This document shows, one piece after another, positions 16,398 through 27,680 of a stretch of DNA of 45,869 bases. The notes under the pieces were generated by a model. It was not told the origin of the DNA and ran no database searches. It was given only the letters and a program-made list of their open reading frames with translations. The stretch is from a virus: positions 103,151 through 149,019 of the IMG/VR virus record IMGVR_UViG_3300021426_000003. The stretch is one strand, 5' to 3'. Position numbers and translations under genes: made by a program. How positions within the stretch are numbered: the first letter of the stretch is position 1; every line of letters begins with the position of its first letter.

Positions 16398-17006
16398 ATG
16401 GGATTTGAATGGAAAAGTGGAATGTGTTATCTATTTGATGTTGAAACAGGAAATATTGTAGCGAATTTTCCAACAACAGGTATGACAACAACAATGGGTA
16501 CGACAAAGACAGAGGAAGTGGAAAGAATGATTAAGATTATTGATGTTGATGTTGACTATGAAAAGAAGACTTTTGTAGATAAAACACAGAGAGATAAGAA
16601 TGGCAATTATATGGTAACAAAGAAAGAAGTACCAGTAGCTACCATTGTTACATTTGAAAATGGTAATACTCAGATTGCAGTTTGTGATGAAAATGATGAA
16701 TTCAATCTCGAAACTGGTATTTCTATTTGTGTAACAAGAGAGCTTATGGAACGTCTATATGGAATATCTAATGAATGTGCAAGTCCTTATAATAAAATTA
16801 TTAGACAGGGAATGAAAGCTTATAAGAATCGTTGTAAGTTTAAAGAGATTAATGAAAAGCGAATTGCTGAACAGAAAGCTATTGAAAAGAATAAAAAGAT
16901 TAAAGAGCAGAAGCGTAGAGAGAAGAGATCTGCTAAAAAGAAGGAACGTGAGATTGAAATTCTGACAGAAGCAATGAAAAGAGCTAACGCAGATTCAAAT
17001 AAATAA
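16398..17006 (+). CDS. hypothetical phage protein
   Basis: AAGGA RBS; TIVTFENG...CDENDEFNLETG module. Confidence 0.65.
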   Translation: MGFEWKSGMCYLFDVETGNIVANFPTTGMTTTMGTTKTEEVERMIKIIDVDVDYEKKTFVDKTQRDKNGNYMVTKKEVPVATIVTFENGNTQIAVCDENDEFNLETGISICVTRELMERLYGISNECASPYNKIIRQGMKAYKNRCKFKEINEKRIAEQKAIEKNKKIKEQKRREKRSAKKKEREIEILTEAMKRANADSNK

Positions 17007-17042
17007 TTAAATAAGTAAATAAAATATAAGGAGTAAAATTAT

Positions 17043-17933
17043 ATGGATACAAATTTGAGACAGGCAGATGCAAAAGTTACAGTAGCGGGAATTGTTTCTG
17101 ACAAGAAACTTGAAATGACAACAAAAGATGGTGTAAGAACCATTGAAGGAACTATTACAATTAAGACAGCAGATACCAATTTTGTTCAGATGAGAGTAAG
17201 ATGTGCTGATAAGAAGAAAGATGGTTCTGAAAATAAGACGTTTGCAGGTGTTATGACAGTTATGAATGAATATAAGTCTATTGCAGATGTTGGTGAAGAT
17301 GAAGCAGATAGAGTTCGTGCTTCTGGTCAGATTAATCTTTTTAGAAGTAATAATAATGGTAATGAGATTGTAAGTTATACAAGTAATTTCTTTAATAGAA
17401 TTAAGAATAACCAGACTTTCGAACCTAAGGCTGAGTTCGAAATTGAAATGTATATTAAGAGTCTTGTCCCCGAAGTGAATAAAGAAGGTGAAGAGACTGG
17501 CAGATATAAGATTGTTGGATGGATTCCTACATTTAATGGAATTGAGCCTCTTGATTTGATTGTCCCTGAAGAGCTTGCAGACCAAGTTTCTAGTATTTAT
17601 GAACCTAAGCAGACTGCCAGATTCTATGGTAATATTATTCAGAATGTTACTTATGAAACAATTGAAAGACCTATGGCTTTTGGTGTGAAGAAAGAAACAA
17701 AAGCTAATTTTATTAATGAACTTGTTGTAACTGGTGGTTCTCCTGTTTATGATGCAACAGATAAGGACGAAGTTGTTGAGGGTGGTAATCAGATTCCTTA
17801 TGACCCTACAGTTATTCAGGCAGCCATTGATGAAAGAGATAGACTGATTAAGGAAGGTCAGAATAAGCCTAAGACAAATACAAATAATGCAAAACCTTCT
17901 GGTGCTTCTAGAGGAAGACAGCTTGGTTGGTAA
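17043..17933 (+). CDS. putative ssDNA-binding protein (SPbeta YorF-like)
   Basis: OB-like beta-rich sequence; position before Sak4-like ATPase and helicase. Confidence 0.5.
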   Translation: MDTNLRQADAKVTVAGIVSDKKLEMTTKDGVRTIEGTITIKTADTNFVQMRVRCADKKKDGSENKTFAGVMTVMNEYKSIADVGEDEADRVRASGQINLFRSNNNGNEIVSYTSNFFNRIKNNQTFEPKAEFEIEMYIKSLVPEVNKEGEETGRYKIVGWIPTFNGIEPLDLIVPEELADQVSSIYEPKQTARFYGNIIQNVTYETIERPMAFGVKKETKANFINELVVTGGSPVYDATDKDEVVEGGNQIPYDPTVIQAAIDERDRLIKEGQNKPKTNTNNAKPSGASRGRQLGW

Positions 17934-17951
17934 TTAAAAAGGATATAATAT

Positions 17952-18137
17952 ATGGATAATGAATATATAACAATCGTTTTTCAGAATGGTGATATTTGTC
18001 ATTATAAACCAAATGAATATACAGATTATAGATATGATAGAAAATATTTTATTGTAATTAAAGATAAAAGATGGATTGGTTTCTATAATCTGGATTGTAT
18101 TGAATATATTGAAATTGGTGCTGAACCTGAGATGTGA
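17952..18137 (+). CDS. small hypothetical protein
   Basis: AAGGA RBS. Confidence 0.55.
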   Translation: MDNEYITIVFQNGDICHYKPNEYTDYRYDRKYFIVIKDKRWIGFYNLDCIEYIEIGAEPEM

Positions 18138-18251
18138 TTGTAATGTGATTGATGTGCCGTTATATATATTATGACGGCACATTTTAATAGAATAATAAAT
18201 ATAATTTAGTAAAATATGATTTAGTAAATAATATATAAGGAGAAATAATTT

Positions 18252-19253
18252 ATGGCAGTAACAGTTGATATTTTTAACCCTCAAAAAACAGTAATTGCAA
18301 AAGGTATGGCTGGGAAGTCTGCTTTAATTTATGGGTCTAACTCAGTTGGAAAAACCGCACAGGCAGTAAGAATGTCCAAGCCTTTTGTTATTGCAACAGA
18401 AAGTGGTCTTAATGCTACAGTAGATATTCCATATATTCGTGTTAATTCATGGGCAGATTTGAAAAAGATTGTAAAACAGTTTACATCTAAAACAACAGTT
18501 GAAAAAGCTCGTCAACTTTATGATACAATTATTATTGATGAACTTTATGCAGCCGCCCTTTTGTGTCAGGATTATATTCAGTCTGTAATTGGTGGTGGCG
18601 CTCTTACTCTTGGAGATACAGTTGAAGGTGGTAAAGTAAATTTATATCAGGCTTATGAAAAAGAGTTTTTTAAGACCGTAAATACGCTTCTTTCTTGTGA
18701 CTATACAGTTATTTTTATTGGTCATGCGCAGGAGAAAGATGGAAAAATGTATCCAAAAGGAGACAAAAGATCGGTTGATCCTGTACGAGATTTCGTTGAT
18801 TATGTAATCTATGTTGAAAGTAATGGTGTTGATGAAGATGGTAAAGTAATTCCTTCTTCTGCATATCTTGCTGAAACCGATAGATATTTTGCTCGTTCAA
18901 GATTTGATACAACTCCTACATATCTTCCAGTGTGGTCTGCTGAAGCACTTGAAGAGGCAGTAAATATTGGAATCAAAGGTCTTGAAGAAAAGTCTGGCAT
19001 TAAAGCTGTAACATATCAAGAGCAGAAAGAACAGAATACAACAAAAGAATATGACTATGATGAGACAATGGACGCTCTTCAAGAAGTAGGACAGAGATTT
19101 GCTTCTGCTGGTAAGATGGATGAACTTACAGAGATTGTTGAACAGACTCTTGGTAAAGGTAGAAAAGTATCTGAATGTACCAAGAGCCAAATTCAAGCTA
19201 TGGTTATTATTTTAGATGACCTAAAAGAACGTGCTGAGGAACTTGGTATTTAA
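18252..19253 (+). CDS. AAA_24/Sak4-like ATPase (YorG-like)
   Basis: Walker A YGSNSVGKT; TIIIDE; IFIGH; ARSRF. Confidence 0.75.
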   Translation: MAVTVDIFNPQKTVIAKGMAGKSALIYGSNSVGKTAQAVRMSKPFVIATESGLNATVDIPYIRVNSWADLKKIVKQFTSKTTVEKARQLYDTIIIDELYAAALLCQDYIQSVIGGGALTLGDTVEGGKVNLYQAYEKEFFKTVNTLLSCDYTVIFIGHAQEKDGKMYPKGDKRSVDPVRDFVDYVIYVESNGVDEDGKVIPSSAYLAETDRYFARSRFDTTPTYLPVWSAEALEEAVNIGIKGLEEKSGIKAVTYQEQKEQNTTKEYDYDETMDALQEVGQRFASAGKMDELTEIVEQTLGKGRKVSECTKSQIQAMVIILDDLKERAEELGI

Positions 19254-19274
19254 ATGACAATGTAAAAAAGATAG

Positions 19275-19320
19275 AAAAGCGGTATTAATGTATATATATA
19301 AAAACATAATACCGCTTTTT
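19275..19320 (+). terminator. rho-independent terminator-like hairpin
   Basis: AAAAGCGGTATTA...TAATACCGCTTTTT. Confidence 0.55.
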
Positions 19321-19339
19321 ATGTATACAAGGAGAAATA

Positions 19340-19603
19340 ATGACACAAGAACAATTCGATAGAGCTAACCATCTACAAAATAAAATAAAACATTTGAAAG
19401 ATAAAAATAACGCATTTGAAAAAGTAATTGACCGTTTAAAAGGCACACAAATGCAAGACATTCAATTTCGATTAAACGATGCTTGGGTTGCAACTCCTAT
19501 AGGAACTATTGATTATGGTGATTTAGTTAATTTTTTAGTTCAGCAAAGGCTTAAAATTGAAACAAAGATAGAAGAGATACAAAAAGAATTTGAAGAAATT
19601 TAA
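19340..19603 (+). CDS. hypothetical protein
   Basis: AGGAG RBS. Confidence 0.55.
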   Translation: MTQEQFDRANHLQNKIKHLKDKNNAFEKVIDRLKGTQMQDIQFRLNDAWVATPIGTIDYGDLVNFLVQQRLKIETKIEEIQKEFEEI

Positions 19604-19614
19604 AGGAGAATACA

Positions 19615-19815
19615 ATGAGAGACCCAAATAGACTTGATAATTTTTATTTTCAATTCAGAGAGATTCATAAAACTAAATTCCCAGATTGGAGATTTGGGCA
19701 GTTAATGTCTAATTTTTTAGGATGGGTATATTCCCAAAAGAATATTGACCCATTCTTCCCAGAAGAAGATAAGATGCTTGAATATTTTAAAGAATTTGCA
19801 GGAGTTGATTGGTAA
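19615..19815 (+). CDS. conserved small phage protein
   Basis: MRDPNR...PDWRFGQL...DPFF.ED motif. Confidence 0.7.
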   Translation: MRDPNRLDNFYFQFREIHKTKFPDWRFGQLMSNFLGWVYSQKNIDPFFPEEDKMLEYFKEFAGVDW

Positions 19816-20417
19816 TGCCTAGAGGTAGAAAAAGAGTTTGTCTTCTATGTGGTAAAACTATAGAAGATAATAATGATTCAGTTCCTTATAAAGGACGATA
19901 TGCTCATAGTGCTTGTTTTAGAGTGGCAGTAAAAGCAGTTCATGTAGATAAGACTGAGAAGCTTGAAGAAAAAGCAGAACAAAAAGCTAAGAAAAAAACA
20001 GGCAGACCTGCTAAACCTAAAGCAGAATTAAAAGATTCTATCACTGAACAGGAATATATACAGAAGAAATTATATTATGATTATTTAAGAAAATTTTTAG
20101 GTGATAAACTTCCTGCTAAAGTATATGCAGTTACTGAAAAATATATCCAACAATATGATTTTACATATCAGAAGATGTATCAAACGTTAACTTATATTCA
20201 CAATATACTTGAAAAAGAATTTACTGATGATATTGTTGGTCTGATTCCTTATTACTACGATAAGGCTGATAAGCATTACCATGCGGTAAAACAAGTAGAG
20301 GAAAATAATAAAGACAAAGACATTTCGGGAATGTATAAAAATAAAATAATTTATATAGACCCGAAAAGAAAGAAACGAAAACAAATTGATATAACATCAA
20401 TTGGAGAAGAGGAATAA
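19815..20417 (+). CDS. Zn-finger replication accessory protein (YorH-like, possible helicase loader)
   Basis: CLLC...H..C; GLIPYYYD.A; abuts helicase. Confidence 0.55.
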   Translation: MPRGRKRVCLLCGKTIEDNNDSVPYKGRYAHSACFRVAVKAVHVDKTEKLEEKAEQKAKKKTGRPAKPKAELKDSITEQEYIQKKLYYDYLRKFLGDKLPAKVYAVTEKYIQQYDFTYQKMYQTLTYIHNILEKEFTDDIVGLIPYYYDKADKHYHAVKQVEENNKDKDISGMYKNKIIYIDPKRKKRKQIDITSIGEEE

Positions 20418-22037
20418 ATGTACGAAGCATTAACAGATAAAAGAGCATATGCCAATACATTGGGGTGTTTAATGAAAGACCCTACTCTTGTAGAAGATAT
20501 AGATAGACCACTTGATAGAGAAGATTTCAATACAGAAACTTTTTATGATTTGTTGTTTGTGGCTATTTATAATCTTAGTATGCAAGGGTGTAAAACAATT
20601 GATGAATTTGCTATTGATTCATATCTCTCTGGTTTTAAAGACCAGTATAGAATATTTCAAGAAAATAGAGGGCTTGAATATTTAAATAATATTAAAGACC
20701 TATCCAGTCTTGAGAATTATGATTACTATTATCATAGACTTAGAAAATATTCTTTGCTTAGATATTATGAAAAACAAGGATTAGATACTAAATTTATTTA
20801 TGATACTTCAGTTGATGAATTTCATGCTAATGAAGAACAGCAGAAGTTTGATAATTATACTGAACAAGATATTGTATCAATGGTTGAATCCAGTTTAGTT
20901 ATCAATCCTACGATGAAATATTGTACAAATACTCTTACTACAGAAGTTCAAGCAGCTGATGGTGGTATTGAATTGATTGAAGATTTAATGAAAATTCCCG
21001 ATGTGGGATTACCATTAAATAACAATGGATTAAATACAGTTACAAGAGGTGCGAGAAAAGGTTGTTTATATATGAGGTCTTTGGTTCAAGGTCAAGGAAA
21101 GACTCGTTTTGCCGCTGGAGATGCCTGTAAAATGGCAGTGCCTTATATATATGATGTTAAGAAGAAAAAATATATCTATACAGGATTATCTGAACCTACT
21201 CTTTATATTACGACTGAGATGCCTGTTGATGAAATTCAGACAATTCTTTATGCAGCTATTAGTAAAGTTAATGAAGAACATATTCTTTATGGTGCATATG
21301 AAAAAGGTGAGCTTGAAAGAGTCAAACAAGCTATTGAATATATTGAATCAAGTCCTTTATATATAGTTCATATACCAGATTTTTCTATTGAAGATATTAA
21401 AAACATAATTAAAAAATATAATAGAGAATTTGGAGTAGAATATTTTTTCTTTGATTATATCAGCACTTCATTGAGACTTATGTCTGAAGTTAATGGTAAA
21501 TCAAGAATGGGATTGAAAGAACATCAGTTATTACTTGTGTTTGCTACCGAACTTAAAACAATTGCACAACAACTTGATGTATTTATTTTTACGGCTTCTC
21601 AGCTTAATGGTGAAGCACAAATGGCTACATATAAAGACCAGAATCTTCTTGCTGGAAGTAAGGCTCTCGCCAATAAATTGGATGTAGGTATTATTTCTAT
21701 GAGACCTAGTAGGTCAGAACAGGATAAGCTTGAGAGTATTCTTCAAAGAAAATTTAATATTCCTATGCCTGATATTGGGCATTGGGTATATAAGGTGAGA
21801 AGAGGAAGACTGACTCATATTATTATTTGGAGTAAGACTAATCTTGGCACAATGGATGAAGAAGCATTATTTGTAACTGATTTTGATTTTAATCTTATTG
21901 ATATTGATTTTACTCAGATTGAACAGGTAGAAGCAAAGATTCAAGAACATTCCGTATTAGCAAGTAGAGTAGAAGATGTACCAATTGAAGAGGATGATGA
22001 TGAACCAGTACAGACTAAAGCAGCATTTGATTGGTAA
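20418..22037 (+). CDS. dnaB: replicative DnaB-like helicase
   Basis: GQGKTR Walker A; YITTEM; FFDYI; TASQLN; K.RRG. Confidence 0.85.
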   Translation: MYEALTDKRAYANTLGCLMKDPTLVEDIDRPLDREDFNTETFYDLLFVAIYNLSMQGCKTIDEFAIDSYLSGFKDQYRIFQENRGLEYLNNIKDLSSLENYDYYYHRLRKYSLLRYYEKQGLDTKFIYDTSVDEFHANEEQQKFDNYTEQDIVSMVESSLVINPTMKYCTNTLTTEVQAADGGIELIEDLMKIPDVGLPLNNNGLNTVTRGARKGCLYMRSLVQGQGKTRFAAGDACKMAVPYIYDVKKKKYIYTGLSEPTLYITTEMPVDEIQTILYAAISKVNEEHILYGAYEKGELERVKQAIEYIESSPLYIVHIPDFSIEDIKNIIKKYNREFGVEYFFFDYISTSLRLMSEVNGKSRMGLKEHQLLLVFATELKTIAQQLDVFIFTASQLNGEAQMATYKDQNLLAGSKALANKLDVGIISMRPSRSEQDKLESILQRKFNIPMPDIGHWVYKVRRGRLTHIIIWSKTNLGTMDEEALFVTDFDFNLIDIDFTQIEQVEAKIQEHSVLASRVEDVPIEEDDDEPVQTKAAFDW

Positions 22038-22049
22038 GGAGGGATTGTA

Positions 22050-23177
22050 ATGCCATATTTAGATAAGGATGCAATTCTTAATTCACTTACTAAAGAAGAT
22101 ATAATTAAAATTTGTACTGAGATGGGAAGTCTTGAGTATAAAGAAGATTCTCAGGGGAATTTACTTTTTTCGACAGCAATTTGTCATGGTGGTGATAGTC
22201 CTCATAAACTAATTTATTATACTAATTCTCACCTGTTCCATTGCTATACCTGTTCAGATAGTTACGGAATAATTGAACTGGTTATTCGAGCATCAAGATT
22301 GAAAGGTCACAATCTTACATGGTTTAAGGCACTTGCTAAAATAGCGCAGATAACTGGTAAATCATACGAAGGTACTCCAGAAGAGCCTACAAAAACTATT
22401 ACAGATTTTGAATGGATTAATAGATTAAATTCAATTAAAAAGAATACCAAGAATGTTCCTAATCTGACAGAGATTAATGAGAATATATTAGAGATATTCT
22501 GGTATGTTCCTTATCAAGGATGGTTAGATGAACATATAAGTCGAGAAGCTTTATCAAGATTTGAAATTGGATATTATGGATTAACAAATCAGATTACCAT
22601 TCCTCATAGAGATATGAATGGAAGATTAATTGGAATCAGAGGAAGATATTTAAGTGATTATGATGCACAAGTTTTTGGTAAATATGTTCCTTTATATATA
22701 AATGGAGAATTTTTAAGTCATCAGTTGGGAAGTAATCTATATGGTTTGCATGTAGTTAAAGATAAAATAAAACAATGTAAAAAAATTATGCTCGTAGAAG
22801 CAGAAAAATCTGTGTTACAAGCTTATTCTTATTTTAGAGATGATAGTTTTGTAGTCGGATTATGTGGTTTCAATATTACTTTTACTCAGATTAAGATTAT
22901 GCTTAAGGAATTAAAAGTCGAAGAAGTAATAGTTGGATTTGACAGAGATTATGAAGAAGCAGATTCATTTGAAGCTACTGCTTATTATCAAAAGATAATT
23001 AAAAAGGTAGCTCCTTTAGTGCCTTACTGTAGGGTTTATCTTGTATTAGATAAAAAAGATAGACTTGGATATAAAGATTCTCCTACAGATAAAGGGAAGG
23101 ACACATTAATAGAATTAATGAAAGAAAAAATATTAATAACTATGGAAGATGTTAATGAGGCATTGGGAAAGACATGA
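22050..23177 (+). CDS. dnaG: DNA primase
   Basis: CH...CYTC Zn finger; IPHRD..GRLIGIRGR; TOPRIM EAEKS and FDRD; KDSP. Confidence 0.8.
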   Translation: MPYLDKDAILNSLTKEDIIKICTEMGSLEYKEDSQGNLLFSTAICHGGDSPHKLIYYTNSHLFHCYTCSDSYGIIELVIRASRLKGHNLTWFKALAKIAQITGKSYEGTPEEPTKTITDFEWINRLNSIKKNTKNVPNLTEINENILEIFWYVPYQGWLDEHISREALSRFEIGYYGLTNQITIPHRDMNGRLIGIRGRYLSDYDAQVFGKYVPLYINGEFLSHQLGSNLYGLHVVKDKIKQCKKIMLVEAEKSVLQAYSYFRDDSFVVGLCGFNITFTQIKIMLKELKVEEVIVGFDRDYEEADSFEATAYYQKIIKKVAPLVPYCRVYLVLDKKDRLGYKDSPTDKGKDTLIELMKEKILITMEDVNEALGKT

Positions 23178-23437
23178 CAGATAGAGATTTATTATTGGAT
23201 TATGGATATGATGATGTAATCATATTTGATAATCCATCTTATGAGGGAGCTTTGATTGGAGTTACATGGGACAATCAAGCGGTATATGATTATGATTTAA
23301 TGATTGAATCATTAATGAAAGAAGATAATATGACACAAGAAGAAGCCGCTGATTTTATTAGTTATAATGCTTCTTATCGTCAAGGGGATGAATATCCTAT
23401 TATTATAAATAATTTAAAGAGATTGGAGGGAACATGA
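23174..23437 (+). CDS. conserved hypothetical phage protein
   Basis: ALIG...AVYDYD.MI..L......EEA.DFI.YN. Confidence 0.65.
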   Translation: MTDRDLLLDYGYDDVIIFDNPSYEGALIGVTWDNQAVYDYDLMIESLMKEDNMTQEEAADFISYNASYRQGDEYPIIINNLKRLEGT

Positions 23438-23443
23438 TTAGAT

Positions 23444-24421
23444 ATGTATGATTATATAACAGAAGGTGAATATCTAAAAGATTATGTTCGACCTGTTACA
23501 GAAGAGGATAAAAAGAAATTACCGACTTATTCACATTCAAAATTAGAGGTGTATGAGAACTGCCCTTATAGATATTCATTGCAATATGAACAGGGGAAAA
23601 GGTCAAATGAAACTACATTGGCTTTGGAACTTGGCACTGTATGTCATCGTGTGTATGAAATTGCTTCTCAAATGTGGAAAGAAGGAATAGTTAATTATGA
23701 AGATTTAAAATTTCTTCTTGAATATGGTGATACAGATGAGAAGATTTCTGGTATTAAAGATTTAAGTAAAAAATATTTTGAAGAATGGTACGAACCAGAT
23801 TCAGAAGGACATACTTATAGTTGGAAAATGGGACAGTTTGATAAAGGACTGCATGGATATATGGATAGTTTTAGTTATAATAATTGGATTCCTTTTAAAG
23901 AGGAATATGATTTTGAATTTGTATTCAATAATAGAGCTATTATTCATGGATTTATTGATGCTATTTTAATCAATACCGAAGGTGATTTAAGGTGTTTAGA
24001 TTATAAAACTTCTAAGCGGGTTTTCGATAAAAATAAAATTCCAACCAGTCAGCAGTTTAGTATTTATTGTATGGGTATGTTAAATGATTTTGGTAAATTA
24101 CCTGTCCAATGTGATTATAAATTTATTTTATTAAATCAAGAACAGAACGCATTAACTTCTGGATTTGGTAAGAGGATTGTCAAAAAATTAAATACTGTAT
24201 TAGATAATATTGATAAGAATGGTGAGAGTGGAGTTTATATACCTAATCCTAGTCCATTATGCTGGTTCTGTCCATATAATAAAAATAACCCTAAGAATAT
24301 AGATTTTAAAAATGAATGCAAATATTATAGTTTATGGAGTCCCCATGAGAAAAGGTGGGATGTTAATAAAAGGTTTAATATTTTAAATAGCAAGGATGAT
24401 AATAGAAAGCTGGTTTTTTAA
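23444..24421 (+). CDS. PD-(D/E)XK RecB/Cas4-like nuclease
   Basis: YSHS....Y..CP; G...H; GFID...DYKTS; C-terminal CWFCPY...C. Confidence 0.8.
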   Translation: MYDYITEGEYLKDYVRPVTEEDKKKLPTYSHSKLEVYENCPYRYSLQYEQGKRSNETTLALELGTVCHRVYEIASQMWKEGIVNYEDLKFLLEYGDTDEKISGIKDLSKKYFEEWYEPDSEGHTYSWKMGQFDKGLHGYMDSFSYNNWIPFKEEYDFEFVFNNRAIIHGFIDAILINTEGDLRCLDYKTSKRVFDKNKIPTSQQFSIYCMGMLNDFGKLPVQCDYKFILLNQEQNALTSGFGKRIVKKLNTVLDNIDKNGESGVYIPNPSPLCWFCPYNKNNPKNIDFKNECKYYSLWSPHEKRWDVNKRFNILNSKDDNRKLVF

Positions 24422-24422
24422 A

Positions 24423-25085
24423 ATGAGTAAATACAATTTAATAGGTAATAAATATGGGAGATTAACTGTTTTAAAATTAGCCCCTAAACGAGAAAATAGT
24501 ACTAAAAGATATTGGATTTGTGAATGCGAATGCGGAAATATTATTGAAGTGCGAACAGCCAGTTTAATATCGGGACATACGAAATCTTGTGGGTGTTTAC
24601 ATAAAGAAATTCTTAAACAAGATAGATATGGAAATAATATAGAAAATATAAATAAACATAAAATAATATATTCTGTATGGAATAGTATGCATAGTAGATG
24701 TTATAATCCTAAAAATAAAGCATATAAATATTATGGTGAAAGAGGAATTAAAATTTGTGATGAATGGCAATATTTTCCCAATTTTAAAAAATGGGCTTGT
24801 GAAAATGGATATAATATTGGGTTAACAATAGATAGAATTGATTCTAATGGAAATTATGAACCAAATAACTGTAGATGGACAACGATGAAAAAACAGCAAA
24901 ATAATAAAAGAAACACAAGATATTTGACTTATAAAGGAATAACTAAACCAGTTGCAGAATGGAGAGATATTTATGGATTAACTAAAGACCAAATTAATTA
25001 TAGAATACGGGCTGGTTGGGACATTGAAGAAATATTAGGAATAAAACCAAGAAAAAGAACAAGAAAACCTCAACAGAAGGTTTAA
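24423..25085 (+). CDS. free-standing HNH-type homing endonuclease
   Basis: YGRLTV...W.CECECGN...SCGC; YGERGIKIC.EW; TIDRIDSNGNYEPNNCRW. Confidence 0.8.
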   Translation: MSKYNLIGNKYGRLTVLKLAPKRENSTKRYWICECECGNIIEVRTASLISGHTKSCGCLHKEILKQDRYGNNIENINKHKIIYSVWNSMHSRCYNPKNKAYKYYGERGIKICDEWQYFPNFKKWACENGYNIGLTIDRIDSNGNYEPNNCRWTTMKKQQNNKRNTRYLTYKGITKPVAEWRDIYGLTKDQINYRIRAGWDIEEILGIKPRKRTRKPQQKV

Positions 25086-25183
25086 TGTACTTGACTTGAC
25101 AAATAACAAACAAGTAAATAATATAGAAGATGATAGCAAAGAAAAGAAACAGAGGAAATTAATTTTTTAAAGCGAGGTAATAG

Positions 25184-27680
25184 ATGTTTAGTTGTCACGG
25201 GCATACATGTCATAGCAATTATCGACTCAGGGATTCAATTATCAGAGTCCCTGATTTTATTACAAGACATAAAGAATTAGGATTTTCTGGTTGTGTCTTA
25301 ACCGAGCACGAAAGTTTGGGCAGCCATCTTGAAGCTGAAAAATTCTTTGAAAAATTAAAAGATACACCAGAATATGAAGGATTTAAAGTAGGATTTGGAA
25401 ATGAGATTTATTTATGTCCAGATTATGTAACAGCAGAAAATGTTGGACATAATATATATCCTCATTTTATTTTAATTGCACTTGATGCGTTAGGTCATAA
25501 AGCATTGCGAGAATTAAGTACTATTGCTTGGACTAAAAATTCTTTTTATTCGATGATGTATAGAGTTCCTACATATTATTCCGACCTTGAAGAAATACTT
25601 GATAAATATAAAGGTCATTTAGTTGGCTCTTCGGCTTGTCTTGGAGGAAGTATTCCTAGAAAACTACTTGAATATCGTTCTATTGAAAACATAGATGTAA
25701 TCCAAGCTGAAACACTTTGGAGACAGATTAAAGAATGGATTGAATATATGGTTGAAATATTTGGTGAAGGATATTTCTTTTTAGAGATGCAACCAAATTC
25801 TCATGAAGACCAGATATATGTTAATAAATGTTTATATAAATTATCTCAAGAAACTAATGTTCCTTTTATAATTACATTTGATGAGCATTATCTTAAAAAA
25901 GAAGATAGAGATATTCACAGGGCTTATTTGAAAGCGTCAGATGGTGATAGAGAAGTCGATGAATTCTATGCCAGTACTTATATAATGACCGAAGAAGAAG
26001 TTCATGAATATATGGACGATTATCTTGGTTCAGATGTAGTGCAACAAGGTATGGATAATACAATGCTTATATATGATAAAGTACAATATTATTCATTAAA
26101 AAAGGAATTACAGATTCCTTATTTACCATTTGATTTATCTGAACCTGATGAAGATTTATTTAATAAATATAAAGATAAAATTGAATTATTAGATTATTTT
26201 TACCATTCTGAATATCCATCTGATAGACATATGACGAGAGAGCTTCTTAAATCATTAGAAAAGAATGCTCATTATCAATGTCAAAGAGGGTATGATGCAA
26301 TTCAAGAATGTTTATCTTCAATTAAGATTTCATCAGAAGCTAATAAGGTTAGATGGTCTGCTTATCTAATGCAAGTCAGAGATTATGTTAATATTGCATG
26401 GGAATCTGATAGTATTGTTGCACCATCAAGAGGTTCTGGTGGAGGATTTTGTTTACTTTATTTATTAGATATTATTCAACTTGACCCTCTTCGAGAAAAT
26501 ACTAAAATGTATCCTTGGCGTTTCCTTAATCCAGAACGTGTTAGCGTACTTGATATTGATACAGATGTTGAAGCTGCTAAACGTGAATCAATTATTCGTA
26601 AGATTAAAGAAACCTATGGTTATAATAAAGTATCAAAAGTGTGTACTCTTCAGACAGAAAAAAGCAGAAGTGCAATTTTAACAGCAGCTAGAGCATTAGA
26701 TATTGATAATGATACAGCTTCTTATATAGCTTCATTGGTTGTATTTGATAGAGGTCAACCTAGAGATTTGCATACCATGTATTATGGTAATGAAGATTAT
26801 GCTCCAGTTTTCGAATTTGTTCGAGAAATGGATGCAAGACCAGAATTGTGGGAAGTATCTCAAAAGATTGAAGGATTAATAAGCGGTATCGGCTCTCATG
26901 CAGGTGGTGTTATTATTGATGACAAACCATTAACAGAATCAACTGCACTAATGAGAACTAATTCTGGTGATATTATTACACAATTTAATCTTCATGATTG
27001 TGAAGATGCAGGATTAATTAAAATAGATTTGCTTGCAACTGATGCTTTAAATTTTATTCACGCTACATTAAATCTTTTATTAAAAAATAATGAAATTGAA
27101 TGGCAAGGTAATCTTAAAGAAACTTATAATAAATATTTAGGTATTTATAATATTGATAGAGCCGCTCCTAAGATGTGGGATATGATTGCTAAACATAAAA
27201 TTATTAATCTATTTCAAATGGAGAAGGATAGTGGTAAAAGGGCATTAGCTTTAGTCAAGCCACATTCGGTTGATGATTTAGCTACTATTAATTCAGTTAT
27301 TCGTCTTATGGCTCAAGAAAAAGGTGCTGAAACACCTCTTGAAAAATATGCTAGATTCCATGATAATATTCAGCTCTGGTATGATGAAATGACTGAATAT
27401 GGATTAACAGATGAAGAACAAAATATATTAAAAGATATTTTGGGAATATCTTGTGGCATTTGTGAAGCACAAGAATATCTTATTTTGTTGACAATGCATC
27501 CTAAAATTGGTGGTTTTAGCTTGAAATGGGCTGACCAACTTAGGAAAGCAGTGGCAAAAAAATCACCTAAAGATTTTGATAAATTGGAAAAAGAATTTTT
27601 TCAAAATATGAAAGATAAAAATCTCTCAGAGAATCTATGTAAATATGTCTGGTATGTTTTGATATATACACAGCGTGGCT
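25184..27680 (+). CDS. dnaE: DNA polymerase III alpha, exon 1
   Basis: PHP domain H.H...S...D, TEHE; RGSGGG; DIDTD; HAGG; KIDLL; ends ...TQRG + T. Confidence 0.9.

Noticed and set aside
23444-24421. Cas4 acting as adaptation module for the array
   Set aside because: 9 kb away inside the replication operon with no cas1/cas2; such nucleases are common in phage replication modules
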